64,000 bases of DNA from positions 79,298-143,297 of the forward strand of contig PSMW01000001.1 in NCBI GenBank assembly GCA_040290295.1, read 5' to 3'. Positions 52,698 through 61,661 of the stretch are shown here, piece after piece (position 1 is the stretch's first letter; each line of letters begins with the position of its first letter). Position numbers and translations under genes: made by a program. Origin of the DNA: Ignavibacteria bacterium (GTDB lineage Bacteria > Bacteroidota > Ignavibacteria > UBA10030 > UBA6906). The notes under the pieces were generated by a model. It searched no databases. It was given only the letters and a program-made list of their open reading frames with translations, and had not been told where the DNA came from.

Positions 52698-53489
52698 ATG
52701 AACAGAGCATTACGTACGGCTGCCGCAGGCATGGCGGCGCAACAATTGAACGTTGACACCATCGCGCACAACCTCGCGAACGTCAACACCACGGGCTTCA
52801 AGAAGTCGCGCGCAGAGTTTCAGGATCTGATGTATCAGACGCTGAAAGCCGGCGGTACACCCGTGACGACAGGCGCTCGCGAGACGAACGAGATCCAAAT
52901 CGGCACAGGCACCGCGCCGATGGCGACGCAGAAGAGTTTCCTGCAAGGCGATCTGGCGGCAACCTCCAATCCCTTCGATCTTGCCATCCACGGTGATGGA
53001 TTCTTTCAGGTGCGGCGCCCCGATGGAACTATGGCGTACACACGCGACGGCGCCTTCAAGCTGTCGGGCGACGGCACGCTCGTTACGTCGGCAGGCTATG
53101 TCGTCGAGCCGGGTATCACGATCACCAGCGATGCGCAGTCGCTTTCGGTGAGTAGGGAAGGGGTGATCGAAATCGCGGAGAAAGCGGGTGATACGCCGAC
53201 GCGTGTTGCACAAATCGAACTGGCGAAATTCGTCAACCCTGCAGGTTTGAAAGCCATCGGCGACAATCTTTTTGTGGAGACCACTGCGAGCGGCGCGCCC
53301 ATTGTCGGCGCCGCAGGTTCGGAAGGGTTCGGCGAAATCCATCAAGGCTATCTGGAAGCATCCAACGTTGACGTTGTCGAAGAGATGGTGAGCATGATCG
53401 TGGCGCAACGTGCTTACGAAATCAATTCGAAAACGATTAAGACGGTTGAGGATATGCTGCAGATGGCAAACAATCTCAAACGCGGATAA
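52698..53489 (+). CDS. flgG: Flagellar distal rod protein FlgG
   Basis: MNRALRTAAAGMAAQQLNVDTIAHNLANVNTTGFKKSRAEFQDLMYQ and IHQGYLEASNVDVVEEMVSMIVAQRAYEINSKTIKTVEDML. Confidence 0.95.
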   Translation: MNRALRTAAAGMAAQQLNVDTIAHNLANVNTTGFKKSRAEFQDLMYQTLKAGGTPVTTGARETNEIQIGTGTAPMATQKSFLQGDLAATSNPFDLAIHGDGFFQVRRPDGTMAYTRDGAFKLSGDGTLVTSAGYVVEPGITITSDAQSLSVSREGVIEIAEKAGDTPTRVAQIELAKFVNPAGLKAIGDNLFVETTASGAPIVGAAGSEGFGEIHQGYLEASNVDVVEEMVSMIVAQRAYEINSKTIKTVEDMLQMANNLKRG

Positions 53490-53500
53490 GGAGAACAGTT

Positions 53501-54196
53501 ATGATTGCCTGGATTGTCTTGTTGAGCGTTGCGTTGGGTGGCGGCACGCCGCGTACCGTAACAGAGGACGAGATCAAGCAAGCCGTCGAGCAATTCGTGC
53601 GAGCAAAGATCGGCAACGCGCATCAGGAAGTACGGATCGAGTTTCGCAGCGTGCCGAACAAGATCGCGAATATTCCGCACGACGCCCAACTCCATATCGT
53701 GGACGACAATGTGCCGACGTTGCAAGACGTCGTCATTCTTCCTGTTGAGATCGTTACGAACGATCGCGTGCTGCACACGTTTCTCGTGTCGCTGCGCGTA
53801 CGAACGTTCGATCCGGTCATCGTAGCAAACGAAACGATAGGCAATCGCCAGCAAGCTGAGGTCATACCCGTGACCATCGAACAACGCGAAACGACGGCGC
53901 TGCCAGCCGACAGGCTGACGACACGCGAGCAACTTCAGGGAAAGCGCACCAAGCAGATTGTTCGACGAGGTGCGGTTCTGCGTCAGAGCATGTTTGAGGA
54001 GATGCCCCTCGTCCAACAAGGCAGCGTTGTCACCTTGGTGGTGAAGACCGGTCAGGTGCTCGTTCGGACAGCGGCGATCGCTCGGGAAGACGGTACCTCC
54101 GGGGCACTGGTGCGCGTGCAACGACTCGGCTCCAACGAGTTGTTTTCGGCGCGCGTGGTGGATGAACGAACGGTCGAATTGGCAAACGACAAATAA
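53501..54196 (+). CDS. flgA: Flagellar P-ring assembly chaperone FlgA
   Basis: Signal peptide and a SAF-type C-terminus: RRGAVLRQSMFEEMPLVQQGSVVTLVVKTGQVLVRTAAIAREDGTSGALVRVQRLGSNELFSARVV. Confidence 0.85.
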   Translation: MIAWIVLLSVALGGGTPRTVTEDEIKQAVEQFVRAKIGNAHQEVRIEFRSVPNKIANIPHDAQLHIVDDNVPTLQDVVILPVEIVTNDRVLHTFLVSLRVRTFDPVIVANETIGNRQQAEVIPVTIEQRETTALPADRLTTREQLQGKRTKQIVRRGAVLRQSMFEEMPLVQQGSVVTLVVKTGQVLVRTAAIAREDGTSGALVRVQRLGSNELFSARVVDERTVELANDK

Positions 54197-54208
54197 GCGA
54201 GGTGTGAG

Positions 54209-54787
54209 ATGATAACGAGAGCGCTTTGTGGAGGACTTCTGGTGCTGACGGCAAGTCTGGCGTACGCTCAAGATATGCGCAACACGATCGGCCGATCGCT
54301 CTTTGCTGATCAGAAAGCGCATCGCGCCGGTGATGCGGTGACGGTACTGATCGTGGAAAGCTCGAGTGCCGTCAACGACGCGAAGACGACGACATCGCGC
54401 GGCAGCGATATCTCTCTCTCCGGCGACGTCTCGATCAGTGGTGGAACGGGAAAGAGTGTCGGCGTCGGGATCGGTACGGGCAACAAGTTCAACGGCGAGG
54501 GGAGCACGTCCAATCGCGGTTCGGTGCGCGCGAAAATCAGTGCGCACGTGGATTCGGTTCTCACGAACGGCAACTTGGCGATCAGCGGCACACGGTCCAT
54601 CACCATCAATGGAGAAGAGCAGAAGATCATCATCTCCGGCATCGTCCGGCCGTCGGATATCCTGCCGGATAATTCGGTCTTCTCGTTCAACATTGCCGAT
54701 GCGACGATCGTCATTCAGGGCGAAGGGAGTCTCACGCGTGTGCAAGAGCCCGGCTGGTTGACAAAAATCTTTCATTGGTTGTTTTGA
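54209..54787 (+). CDS. flgH: Flagellar L-ring protein FlgH
   Basis: SLFADQKAHRAGDAVTVLIVESSSAVNDAKTTTSR..., GNLAISGTRSITINGEEQKIIISGIVRPSDILPDNSVFSFNIADA. Confidence 0.93.
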   Translation: MITRALCGGLLVLTASLAYAQDMRNTIGRSLFADQKAHRAGDAVTVLIVESSSAVNDAKTTTSRGSDISLSGDVSISGGTGKSVGVGIGTGNKFNGEGSTSNRGSVRAKISAHVDSVLTNGNLAISGTRSITINGEEQKIIISGIVRPSDILPDNSVFSFNIADATIVIQGEGSLTRVQEPGWLTKIFHWLF

Positions 54788-54796
54788 GGAGGACGT

Positions 54797-55903
54797 ATGA
54801 ACAGGCACGTGCACAGCGCAGTCCTGCTTCTCTCCGTCCTGCTTGCGGTCTCGGCGAGCGCAGCGACGAGGATCAAGGACATTGCGTACTTGCAGGGAGT
54901 CAAGAGCAAGCAGCTCATCGGCTATGGATTGGTGGTCGGGTTGAATGGAACGGGCGACACGCAACGCTCGACCTTCACGCTGCAATCCGTTACAAGCATG
55001 CTGAAGCGGTTCGGCATCACGGTGCCGCAAGCCGATCTTCGCCTGCGCAACGTTGCCGCCGTGATGGTCACGGCCACCGTGCCGAGCTTTGCAAAGGAAG
55101 GCGGTGTTTTGGATGTGACCGTTTCCTCGATGGGTGACGCGACGAACTTGCAAGGCGGCACACTCTTGATGACACCCCTCTCGGCAATCGACGGCGAGGT
55201 GTACGCTATGGCGCAAGGACCGATTTCCGTCGGCGGCCTCAGCGTGCGGCAGAACAGCAATGAAGTGCGTCGCAATCACACCGCAGCCGGACGAATTCCG
55301 GGGGGGGCGATCCTCGAAAAATCGACCGGCACCGATTTGAGCAGAGACTCGACGCTGTTTATCGTGCTGACGCAGGCAGATTTCACGACGGCAAGCCGCA
55401 TCGCCGAACAAGTCAATGCGAAGTTCGGCGGCAACATCGCTCGTGCAAACGACGGCTCGACCATCGCGCTCATCGTGCCGAACGAGGTCCGACAAAACGG
55501 GAAGCTGGTGGATTTCATTTCGCAAGTGGAACTCCTCGAAGTGAATCCCGATGTGGCGGCAAAAGTCGTCATCAATGAAAAAACGGGAACGATTGTGGTA
55601 GGCGGAGCGGTCACTCTCTTACCCGTTGCGATTTCGCATGGCTCGCTCAATATCGATATCCAATCGACTCCGGTCATCTCGCAACCGAACGCCTTCTCAC
55701 AAGGACAAACCGTCGTCACGCAACTCACGACGGTGTCGGCGAAAGTGGATACATCGGTTGTCGTAGCGCTCGAAGGTGCCGCAACGGTACAGGATGTTGC
55801 GATGGCGCTGAATACACTCAAGGTCGGTGCTCGCGACATCATCGCCATCTTCCAGGCACTGAAGGAAGCTGGTGCCCTCAAAGCTGAGTTAATTATCATC
55901 TGA
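54797..55903 (+). CDS. flgI: Flagellar P-ring protein FlgI
   Basis: Signal peptide, then RIKDIAYLQGVKSKQLIGYGLVVGLNGTGD..., LQGGTLLMTPLSAIDGEVYAMAQG, and C-terminal IIAIFQALKEAGALKAELIII. Confidence 0.96.
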   Translation: MNRHVHSAVLLLSVLLAVSASAATRIKDIAYLQGVKSKQLIGYGLVVGLNGTGDTQRSTFTLQSVTSMLKRFGITVPQADLRLRNVAAVMVTATVPSFAKEGGVLDVTVSSMGDATNLQGGTLLMTPLSAIDGEVYAMAQGPISVGGLSVRQNSNEVRRNHTAAGRIPGGAILEKSTGTDLSRDSTLFIVLTQADFTTASRIAEQVNAKFGGNIARANDGSTIALIVPNEVRQNGKLVDFISQVELLEVNPDVAAKVVINEKTGTIVVGGAVTLLPVAISHGSLNIDIQSTPVISQPNAFSQGQTVVTQLTTVSAKVDTSVVVALEGAATVQDVAMALNTLKVGARDIIAIFQALKEAGALKAELIII

Positions 55904-55911
55904 GGTCGGCG

Positions 55912-56754
55912 ATGGGTGGCGAACACAGCACACAGGCGATACAACCCGGCCCTTGGACGAAGCTCGATGCCGCGCAAAAGCTTCGGTTGCAAAAAGCAGT
56001 CCGTGAGTTCGAATCCATCTTCGTCGGCTACATGCTGAAGAGCATGAGGAATACCGTCGAAAAAGCCGATAACTCTACCGGCGGCTTCGGCACCGAAATG
56101 TTGGAGGGGATGTTCGATGTAGAGTTGGCAAAGCATATTTCCGGCAGCAGCAATTTGGGATTGGCGGAGATGCTCTACCGTACGATGACGGGTGAATCGC
56201 TTCCCCGGTCGCCGTTGGTGACGCGGGTTGATGGGCGTGGGGAGTCCACGAAGCCGGGCGGGCAGGTGGAGCAACGAAGAGTTGTGCCTGAAGTCGAAAG
56301 CAACACCGCGCAGCCGCAAAGCGGGAGTGCGAAGACGTTGACCGAGCGACTGCGCTCGTTCGATGCGTATATTCGCGAGGCGTCCGAACGGTTCGGTGTG
56401 AAGGATTCGTTGATTCGTGCCGTCATTGCCGCGGAATCGTCTGCCAGGCCCGACGCACGCTCGGCGAAGGATGCTAAAGGTTTGATGCAACTCCTCGATG
56501 CAACAGCAGAGGCATTGGGCGTGAAGAACATCTGGGACCCGCGGGAAAATATTCTCGGCGGAGCGAAGTACCTGAAGCAACTCCTCGAACAGTTCGACGG
56601 CGATGAGCGCTTGGCGCTTGCCTCGTACAATGCCGGACCGGCAGTGGTGCAGAAGCATGGGGGTATTCCGCCCTATCCAGAAACGCGCGAGTATGTAGCC
56701 CGCGTGATGAAGTTTGTCGAGATGATCGAACAACAGGAGGACGGCGATGAATAA
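55912..56754 (+). CDS. flgJ: FlgJ-like rod-assembly protein: N-terminal rod-binding domain fused to a lytic transglycosylase (SLT) domain
   Basis: Rod-binding block AVREFESIFVGYMLKSMRNT...MFDVELAKHIS. SLT block LIRAVIAAESSARPDARSAKDAKGLMQLLDATAEALGV...LASYNAGPAVVQKHGGIPPYPETREYVARV. Confidence 0.85.
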   Translation: MGGEHSTQAIQPGPWTKLDAAQKLRLQKAVREFESIFVGYMLKSMRNTVEKADNSTGGFGTEMLEGMFDVELAKHISGSSNLGLAEMLYRTMTGESLPRSPLVTRVDGRGESTKPGGQVEQRRVVPEVESNTAQPQSGSAKTLTERLRSFDAYIREASERFGVKDSLIRAVIAAESSARPDARSAKDAKGLMQLLDATAEALGVKNIWDPRENILGGAKYLKQLLEQFDGDERLALASYNAGPAVVQKHGGIPPYPETREYVARVMKFVEMIEQQEDGDE

Positions 56755-57205
56755 CCTCGATTCCCTCACGGAGGTGATGGCAACGGAAGCCGAACTTGCC
56801 GAACGTTTGGTGGACGTGATCAAACAGCAGCAGCGCGCGCTCGTTGCGTGCAATGCAGAAGCAGTTGCAGCAACAGTAGAACAACAGCAGGAACTGATGA
56901 TGCCGCTCGAAGGATTGGAACAGGAACGCGAACGGGTGACGCGTGAAGTGCTGAGCACCCTTGCCCCAGAACGCGTTGCGGAGGACAAGCCGGTAACCTT
57001 TTCCGCGTTGTTGGAATATCTCGATGCAGACGAAGCCTCGCGCTTATCGAAGGCCGGGAGGAGATTGCTTGCGGCGATGGAAACCATGATGAAAGTCAAT
57101 CAAGCGAATCAGTTCCTCATCGAGCATTCGCGCAAGTTCGTGCGCGAGACGCTCCGCATCGTGACGAACGGGTACGCACGTCAATTGGTGGATAGAAAAA
57201 TCTGA
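56747..57205 (+). CDS. flgN: FlgN-family export chaperone (for FlgK/FlgL)
   Basis: Helical 152-aa protein. EAELAERLVDVIKQQQRALVACNAEAVAATVEQQQELM...NQANQFLIEHSRKFVRETL. Position directly before flgK. ATGA overlap with flgJ. Confidence 0.7.
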   Translation: MNNLDSLTEVMATEAELAERLVDVIKQQQRALVACNAEAVAATVEQQQELMMPLEGLEQERERVTREVLSTLAPERVAEDKPVTFSALLEYLDADEASRLSKAGRRLLAAMETMMKVNQANQFLIEHSRKFVRETLRIVTNGYARQLVDRKI

Positions 57206-57214
57206 GAGGATCGT

Positions 57215-58582
57215 ATGCCGGGATTATGGGGATTGCTCGAAATCGGACGCCGAGCCTTGTCGGCGCAAAGCACGGCAATGAACGTAACGAGCCACAACAT
57301 CGCCAACGCGAATTCCCCCGGCTACACGCGCCAGCGTGTGGACCTTGCCGCGACGATGCCGCTCAAGGACATGAGCGGATTCTTGATCGGGACGGGCGTT
57401 TCGGTCGCTGCCATCGAGCGGCTCCGTGACCGTTTCATCGACAACCAGTTCCGTCAAACGAACAGCTCGCTTGGCTCCGCAACGATGAGACACACCGTCT
57501 TGAGTCAGATCGAAGCGGGCTTGAGCGAACCGTCGGAGAACGGGATACAAGCGTTGCTGACCGGGTTCTTCAACAGTTTTCAAGAGCTGGCTTCCCACCC
57601 GGAAGAAAGTTCGGCACGACAAGCCGTTCTCCAACAAGCCAATCGGCTCGTGTCGGCTTTCAATCGGATTGCCGGCACCTTCACCGCGCAACGTATGACG
57701 GTTGCGGAAGACGCAACAAGCAAGGTCAACCGCATCAACGAACTGACCAGGCGCATCGCGGAACTGAATCGGCAGATCACCAACGCACAAAACGCGGGGA
57801 ATGTGCCGAGCGATTTGATGGATCAACGCGATCGGGCGCTCGATCAACTCTCGCAGTACACGTCGATAACCGCTTCACTCGATAGTCAAGGCTCGATGAT
57901 CGTCTCCATCGGCGGCGTGATGGTTGCGGGAAACGGAACGTCGGTGAGTTTGCAAAGTGCAGTCGTCAGCGGCGTGCTGAAAGTGTCAACGACGACGGGC
58001 CAAGAGGTGAACATCAACGGCGGTGAGTTGGGCAGCGCACTTGAACTGTACAATACGACGATTCCGGAGTATATGACGAAGTTGGACGAGATGGCGAACG
58101 CGCTCATCGCCCGTGTCAACGCTGTGCATGCGGCGGGATACGGTCTCGGCAATCCGCCACCGACCGGCATCAACTTCTTTACCGGAAGCGGTGCAGCGGG
58201 CATCGCCATCAACACACAAATTTCTTCCAACATCAACACTATTGCCGCCTCGAGCACGGGGGCGCCGGGCGACAACCAGACGGCGCTTGCTTTGTTCAAC
58301 ATCAGCTCCGAACAACTTATGGGCAACAATACGCTCACCCTCGCGCAGTTCTACGCCGCGTTTGTCAGCGGCATCGGCTCTGCCGTATCCTCTGCGCAAG
58401 GAGCAGGCAGCGGAGCCGAGTTGGTTTTGGCGCAACTGTCGAATCAACGGGAAATGGTCTCCGGAGTTTCGCTCGACGAAGAGATGACCAACATGATCAA
58501 GTTTCAACGTTCGTTCGAAGCGGCGGCGCGCGTGGTGCGCACCACCGACGAACTCATCCAAACAATCTTGAATATGGTGTGA
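57215..58582 (+). CDS. flgK: Flagellar hook-associated protein 1 FlgK
   Basis: LEIGRRALSAQSTAMNVTSHNIANANSPGYTRQRV N-terminus and GVSLDEEMTNMIKFQRSFEAAARVVRTTDELIQTILNM C-terminus. Confidence 0.95.
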   Translation: MPGLWGLLEIGRRALSAQSTAMNVTSHNIANANSPGYTRQRVDLAATMPLKDMSGFLIGTGVSVAAIERLRDRFIDNQFRQTNSSLGSATMRHTVLSQIEAGLSEPSENGIQALLTGFFNSFQELASHPEESSARQAVLQQANRLVSAFNRIAGTFTAQRMTVAEDATSKVNRINELTRRIAELNRQITNAQNAGNVPSDLMDQRDRALDQLSQYTSITASLDSQGSMIVSIGGVMVAGNGTSVSLQSAVVSGVLKVSTTTGQEVNINGGELGSALELYNTTIPEYMTKLDEMANALIARVNAVHAAGYGLGNPPPTGINFFTGSGAAGIAINTQISSNINTIAASSTGAPGDNQTALALFNISSEQLMGNNTLTLAQFYAAFVSGIGSAVSSAQGAGSGAELVLAQLSNQREMVSGVSLDEEMTNMIKFQRSFEAAARVVRTTDELIQTILNMV

Positions 58583-58584
58583 CC

Positions 58585-59472
58585 ATGCGGGTAACCGAAA
58601 ACATGTTCATACGCGACTTCCTCTTCAGCGTCAATGGAGCGCGCGGGAGGATGGCAAAACTTCAGGCGCAGATCGCTACCGGGCGGCGCGTCTCGACACC
58701 CTCGGACGATCCGGATGCAGCCGAGCGCATTCTGCGTCTGAAGAATACGATCGCACGCAACGAACAATTCCAAAGCAACGTGGCTGATGCTCAGACGATG
58801 CTGCAAGCCACTGAGCAAGCCCTGAATCGCTTTACCGACATGATGCTCGAAGCCAAGGACATACTCACCCGGGCGCGCAGCGGCGGGAGAACGCGGGAGC
58901 TTGGGACCCTTGCCGATCAACTCGATCAACTGATCGCCGACGCTGTGCAGGTGGCGAACACACGCTTCAACGGCAAGTATCTCTTCGGTGGCGTGCAGAC
59001 CACCGATCCGCCCTTCATCCTCGCACCCGATCGATCGGGCGTCACGATCAACCCCAATGGGATTACAGGCGACATCAAGGTGATGGTGAACGAAGGCGCG
59101 CCGCAGAAGATCAACATCGACGGACAAGAAGCGTTTCAAGGCGTAGCCATCTTTCAAGAATTGATCGCCATTCGGGATGCGATGCGCACCAACATTCCGC
59201 CGTCAGCCGCACAGTTCGATGCGGTCGACGGCTACGGCAAGTATGTGGCATCGCAGGCGGGTCGCGCAGGAGCGATGCTGCAATCGTTGGACATGCACGG
59301 CGAATTGCTGCAACGGCAGGCGGATCAACTGACACTCCTTCTCTCGGCTGATGAGGATACGGACATCGCCGAGGCATCCGTCAATTTGCAGAAAGAAGAG
59401 TTAGTGTTGAACGCAGCGCTCAGCATGGGGGCACGCGTTCTGCCGAAGACACTCTTGGATTTCTTGCGATAA
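58585..59472 (+). CDS. flgL: Flagellar hook-associated protein 3 FlgL
   Basis: MRVTENMFIRDFLFSVNGARGRMAKLQAQIATGRRVSTPSDDP (flagellin-like N-terminus) and C-terminal ASVNLQKEELVLNAALSMGARVLPKTLLDFL. ATG 58585 is preferred over the ORF-track GTG at 58579. Confidence 0.9.
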   Translation: MRVTENMFIRDFLFSVNGARGRMAKLQAQIATGRRVSTPSDDPDAAERILRLKNTIARNEQFQSNVADAQTMLQATEQALNRFTDMMLEAKDILTRARSGGRTRELGTLADQLDQLIADAVQVANTRFNGKYLFGGVQTTDPPFILAPDRSGVTINPNGITGDIKVMVNEGAPQKINIDGQEAFQGVAIFQELIAIRDAMRTNIPPSAAQFDAVDGYGKYVASQAGRAGAMLQSLDMHGELLQRQADQLTLLLSADEDTDIAEASVNLQKEELVLNAALSMGARVLPKTLLDFLR

Positions 59473-59474
59473 GC

Positions 59475-60236
59475 ATGAAAAGCCGATGGGACGCCGGGAC
59501 GATACTCGGCTTGCTGCTAGGGTTTGCCGTCGTGTTCGGTTCGTTCGTGATGGAAGGAGGAACCGTCGGCGCCCTGATTCTTGCGCCGGCGATGATGATC
59601 GTCTTCGGCGGAACGATCGCGACGGCAATGATCGGAACGTCGCTGCGCAACGTAGCACACATCGGCAGGTTGGTGATGCTGGCGATGCGTCCGCCCAAGC
59701 AGGAAGTACAGGCAACGATCGATTCGGTCGTTCAACTGGCAACCATCGCACGACGGGAAGGCTTGTTTGCACTCGAACGGTATATCGACTCGGTTCCGCA
59801 TCCGTTCGTGCGTCGCTTGCTGCGCCTCCTGATCGACGGCATCGAACCGCAGAGTTTGCGGAGTTTGGCAGAGACGGAAATGCATTACATCAGCGAGCGA
59901 CACGAGAAGAATGCCATGATCTTTCAGAAGATGGGCGGCTACTCGCCAACGATGGGCATCATCGGTACGGTCATGGGGTTGATCGCAACGTTCGCAGCGG
60001 CAGGAGAGGAGCCGGATGCGTTGATTCGGCATATCGCCAGCGCGTTCATCGCGACGTTATGGGGCGTACTGATGGCGAACTTGGTGTGGCTCCCCATCTA
60101 TGACAAGCTGAAGAGAATTCACAATGAAGAACATCATCACTTGGATGTTGCCTTGGAAGGCGTGCTCGGCATTCAGACCGGCGAAGTGCCGAGCGTTATC
60201 CGAGCCAAGTTGGAAGGGATGATGCCGATGAATTGA
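59475..60236 (+). CDS. motA: Flagellar stator protein MotA/PomA-type (set 1, 253 aa)
   Basis: Four TM segments. GTILGLLLGFAVVFGSFVMEGG, SPTMGIIGTVMGLI, FIATLWGVLMANLVWLPIYDKL. Confidence 0.9.
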   Translation: MKSRWDAGTILGLLLGFAVVFGSFVMEGGTVGALILAPAMMIVFGGTIATAMIGTSLRNVAHIGRLVMLAMRPPKQEVQATIDSVVQLATIARREGLFALERYIDSVPHPFVRRLLRLLIDGIEPQSLRSLAETEMHYISERHEKNAMIFQKMGGYSPTMGIIGTVMGLIATFAAAGEEPDALIRHIASAFIATLWGVLMANLVWLPIYDKLKRIHNEEHHHLDVALEGVLGIQTGEVPSVIRAKLEGMMPMN

Positions 60237-60253
60237 AAGGAACGCATCAGCGC

Positions 60254-60958
60254 ATGAACGGACGACGACCACATGCACGGCGAACCGACCAGCACGCGAA
60301 CACCGATCGTTGGCTACTGACCTATGCCGACCTGATCACCCTGTTGCTCGGCTTGTTCGTGATCCTCTATGCGATCTCGAAAGTCGATAACGAGCAATAC
60401 ATGCGCGTCGCGCAGGCGTTCGGCGGCTTGTTCGGGGGCTCGATCGGCATCGTTCCCTCATTGCGTTCTGCAACCGACATGAGTCCCGATCGGTTGACGA
60501 TCGAGAGCAAAATTCGGGGTGCGATGTACGAGGATATCCGATCACAGACGATCACGCTCTCGCAGGATGAGCGAGGTGTGGTGATTCATATCGCGGAAGA
60601 AGTGCTGTTCGCATCGGGGAGCGCGCTGCTGAAAAGCTCGTCACGCACGACGCTCGATCTGCTGGCAAGTGTGCTCAAGACGGTACCCAACGAGATTCGC
60701 ATCGAGGGCCATACGGATGACATGCCCATTCAGACATCGGCATTTCCATCGAACTGGCATCTGTCGGTTGCGCGGGCCGTCAGCACCGGCGAGTATCTGA
60801 CGCAACGTCATGGCTTCAGTGTGGACAAAGTTAGCATCATCGGATATGCCGATCGGAAGCCTCTCGTGCCGAATACCTCGGCCGAGAACCGCGCGAAGAA
60901 CCGTCGTGTCGACATCATCGTCATCGCACCGAAAGCAAACGCATTTACGGATCAATGA
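60254..60958 (+). CDS. motB: Flagellar stator protein MotB-type with OmpA-like peptidoglycan-binding domain (set 1)
   Basis: RWLLTYADLITLLLGLFVILYAIS (plug/TM with the conserved Asp). OmpA-like IRIEGHTDDMPI...NWHLSVARAVSTGEYL...NRAKNRRVDIIV. ATG 60254 follows AAAGGAA; the ORF-track TTG is at 60233. Confidence 0.9.
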   Translation: MNGRRPHARRTDQHANTDRWLLTYADLITLLLGLFVILYAISKVDNEQYMRVAQAFGGLFGGSIGIVPSLRSATDMSPDRLTIESKIRGAMYEDIRSQTITLSQDERGVVIHIAEEVLFASGSALLKSSSRTTLDLLASVLKTVPNEIRIEGHTDDMPIQTSAFPSNWHLSVARAVSTGEYLTQRHGFSVDKVSIIGYADRKPLVPNTSAENRAKNRRVDIIVIAPKANAFTDQ

Positions 60959-60972
60959 AAGGAACGCATGCC

Positions 60973-61392
60973 ATGAAGTGCTTGAACCGTCAGTGTGGAG
61001 AGATCGAGTACGATCAAGAACATGTGTACGAGTTCACCGAAGGATTGATCGGCTTCGAACATCTGAAACGCTTCGTCGTCGTACACGATCCGGCGTGCGA
61101 CCCGTTTCGATGGCTGGTGTCGGTAGAGGACGAGGATACGGCATTTCCCATTCTCGATCCGACGATCGTGTTCGAAGAATATCGCCTCGAAGTGCCTCAT
61201 GATAAAGTGTATGTTGCCGTCGTTGCTGCATTGAAAGATCCTGTCGAAGCATCGACAGTCAATTTGCGTAGTCCTATCCTGTTCGACACCACCAACCGCA
61301 CGGCGCAGCAAGTGGTGTTGGACAACGAGATGTACGCCATTCATCATCCGCTGGTGCAGCGGCAGGTTGTGTACGCTGAACAAGGGGGCTGA
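60973..61392 (+). CDS. fliW: Flagellar assembly factor FliW (CsrA antagonist)
   Basis: GEIEYDQEHVYEFTEGLIGFEHLKRFVVVHDPACDPFRWLVSVEDEDTAFPILDPTIVFEEY is the FliW signature. ATG 60973 sits 8 nt after AAAGGAA; the ORF-track ATG is at 60955. Confidence 0.9.
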   Translation: MKCLNRQCGEIEYDQEHVYEFTEGLIGFEHLKRFVVVHDPACDPFRWLVSVEDEDTAFPILDPTIVFEEYRLEVPHDKVYVAVVAALKDPVEASTVNLRSPILFDTTNRTAQQVVLDNEMYAIHHPLVQRQVVYAEQGG

Positions 61393-61393
61393 C

Positions 61394-61648
61394 ATGCTCA
61401 TCCTTGCGCGAAAGGTGAACGAAGCGATTCAGATCGGTGAAAACATCCGCATCAAGGTGCTTTCGATTTCTGAAAGCCAAGTGAAGATCGGCATCGAAGC
61501 ACCGAACGAGGTGCGCATCTATCGTGCGGAGATCTACGCCGAAATTCAAAAGGAAAACCTCTCGGCTGTTCAAACGCAGAAGAGTGCAGCGGTGAAAGCG
61601 GCGACCTTGCTGACCAAACCGGCAGAATCCACCAACAAGAGTACGTAG
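61394..61648 (+). CDS. csrA: Carbon storage regulator / translational repressor CsrA
   Basis: MLILARKVNEAIQIGENIRIKVLSISESQVKIGIEAPNEVRIYRAEIYAEIQKEN, with a C-terminal extension typical of FliW-partnered CsrA. An AAGGGGG RBS sits before ATG 61394. Confidence 0.95.
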   Translation: MLILARKVNEAIQIGENIRIKVLSISESQVKIGIEAPNEVRIYRAEIYAEIQKENLSAVQTQKSAAVKAATLLTKPAESTNKST

Positions 61649-61661
61649 AAGGAACAAGGCT

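Noticed and set aside
56065-56072. Exact GCCGATAA (sigma-28 -10 consensus) inside flgJ
   Set aside because: There is no TAAA-type -35 at the required 15-nt spacing (that position reads GAGG). The site is deep in coding sequence, about 680 nt from the next start. A similar TCCGATAA at 45893-45900 inside flhF also lacks a -35 element.
53414-57099. Two long minus-strand ORFs (53414-55525, 703 aa; 55276-57099, 607 aa)
   Set aside because: They lie antisense to flgA/flgH/flgI/flgJ/flgN. The composition is Arg/His/Ala/Ser-rich and no domain signatures are present. The same reasoning applies to the other long antisense ORFs: 28050-29336, 29765-30940, 39566-40576, 39868-40821, 44510-45715, 46624-47697, 49851-51122, 26059-26955 and 27212-28225.
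59464-59471. TGCGATAA just before the motA (set 1) start, looked at as a possible sigma-28 -10
   Set aside because: It ends 3 nt before the ATG, so it would leave no leader or RBS. The -35 position reads AAGA rather than TAAA.
60234-60969. Identical 14-mer TGAAAGGAACGCAT at the motA1/motB1 junction (60234-60247) and the motB1/fliW junction (60956-60969)
   Set aside because: It is explained as a reused stop codon + RBS (AAAGGAA) + spacer cassette for translational coupling, not a mobile or structural repeat. I used it to move the motB and fliW starts to the downstream ATGs (60254 and 60973). It is too short to infer anything more.
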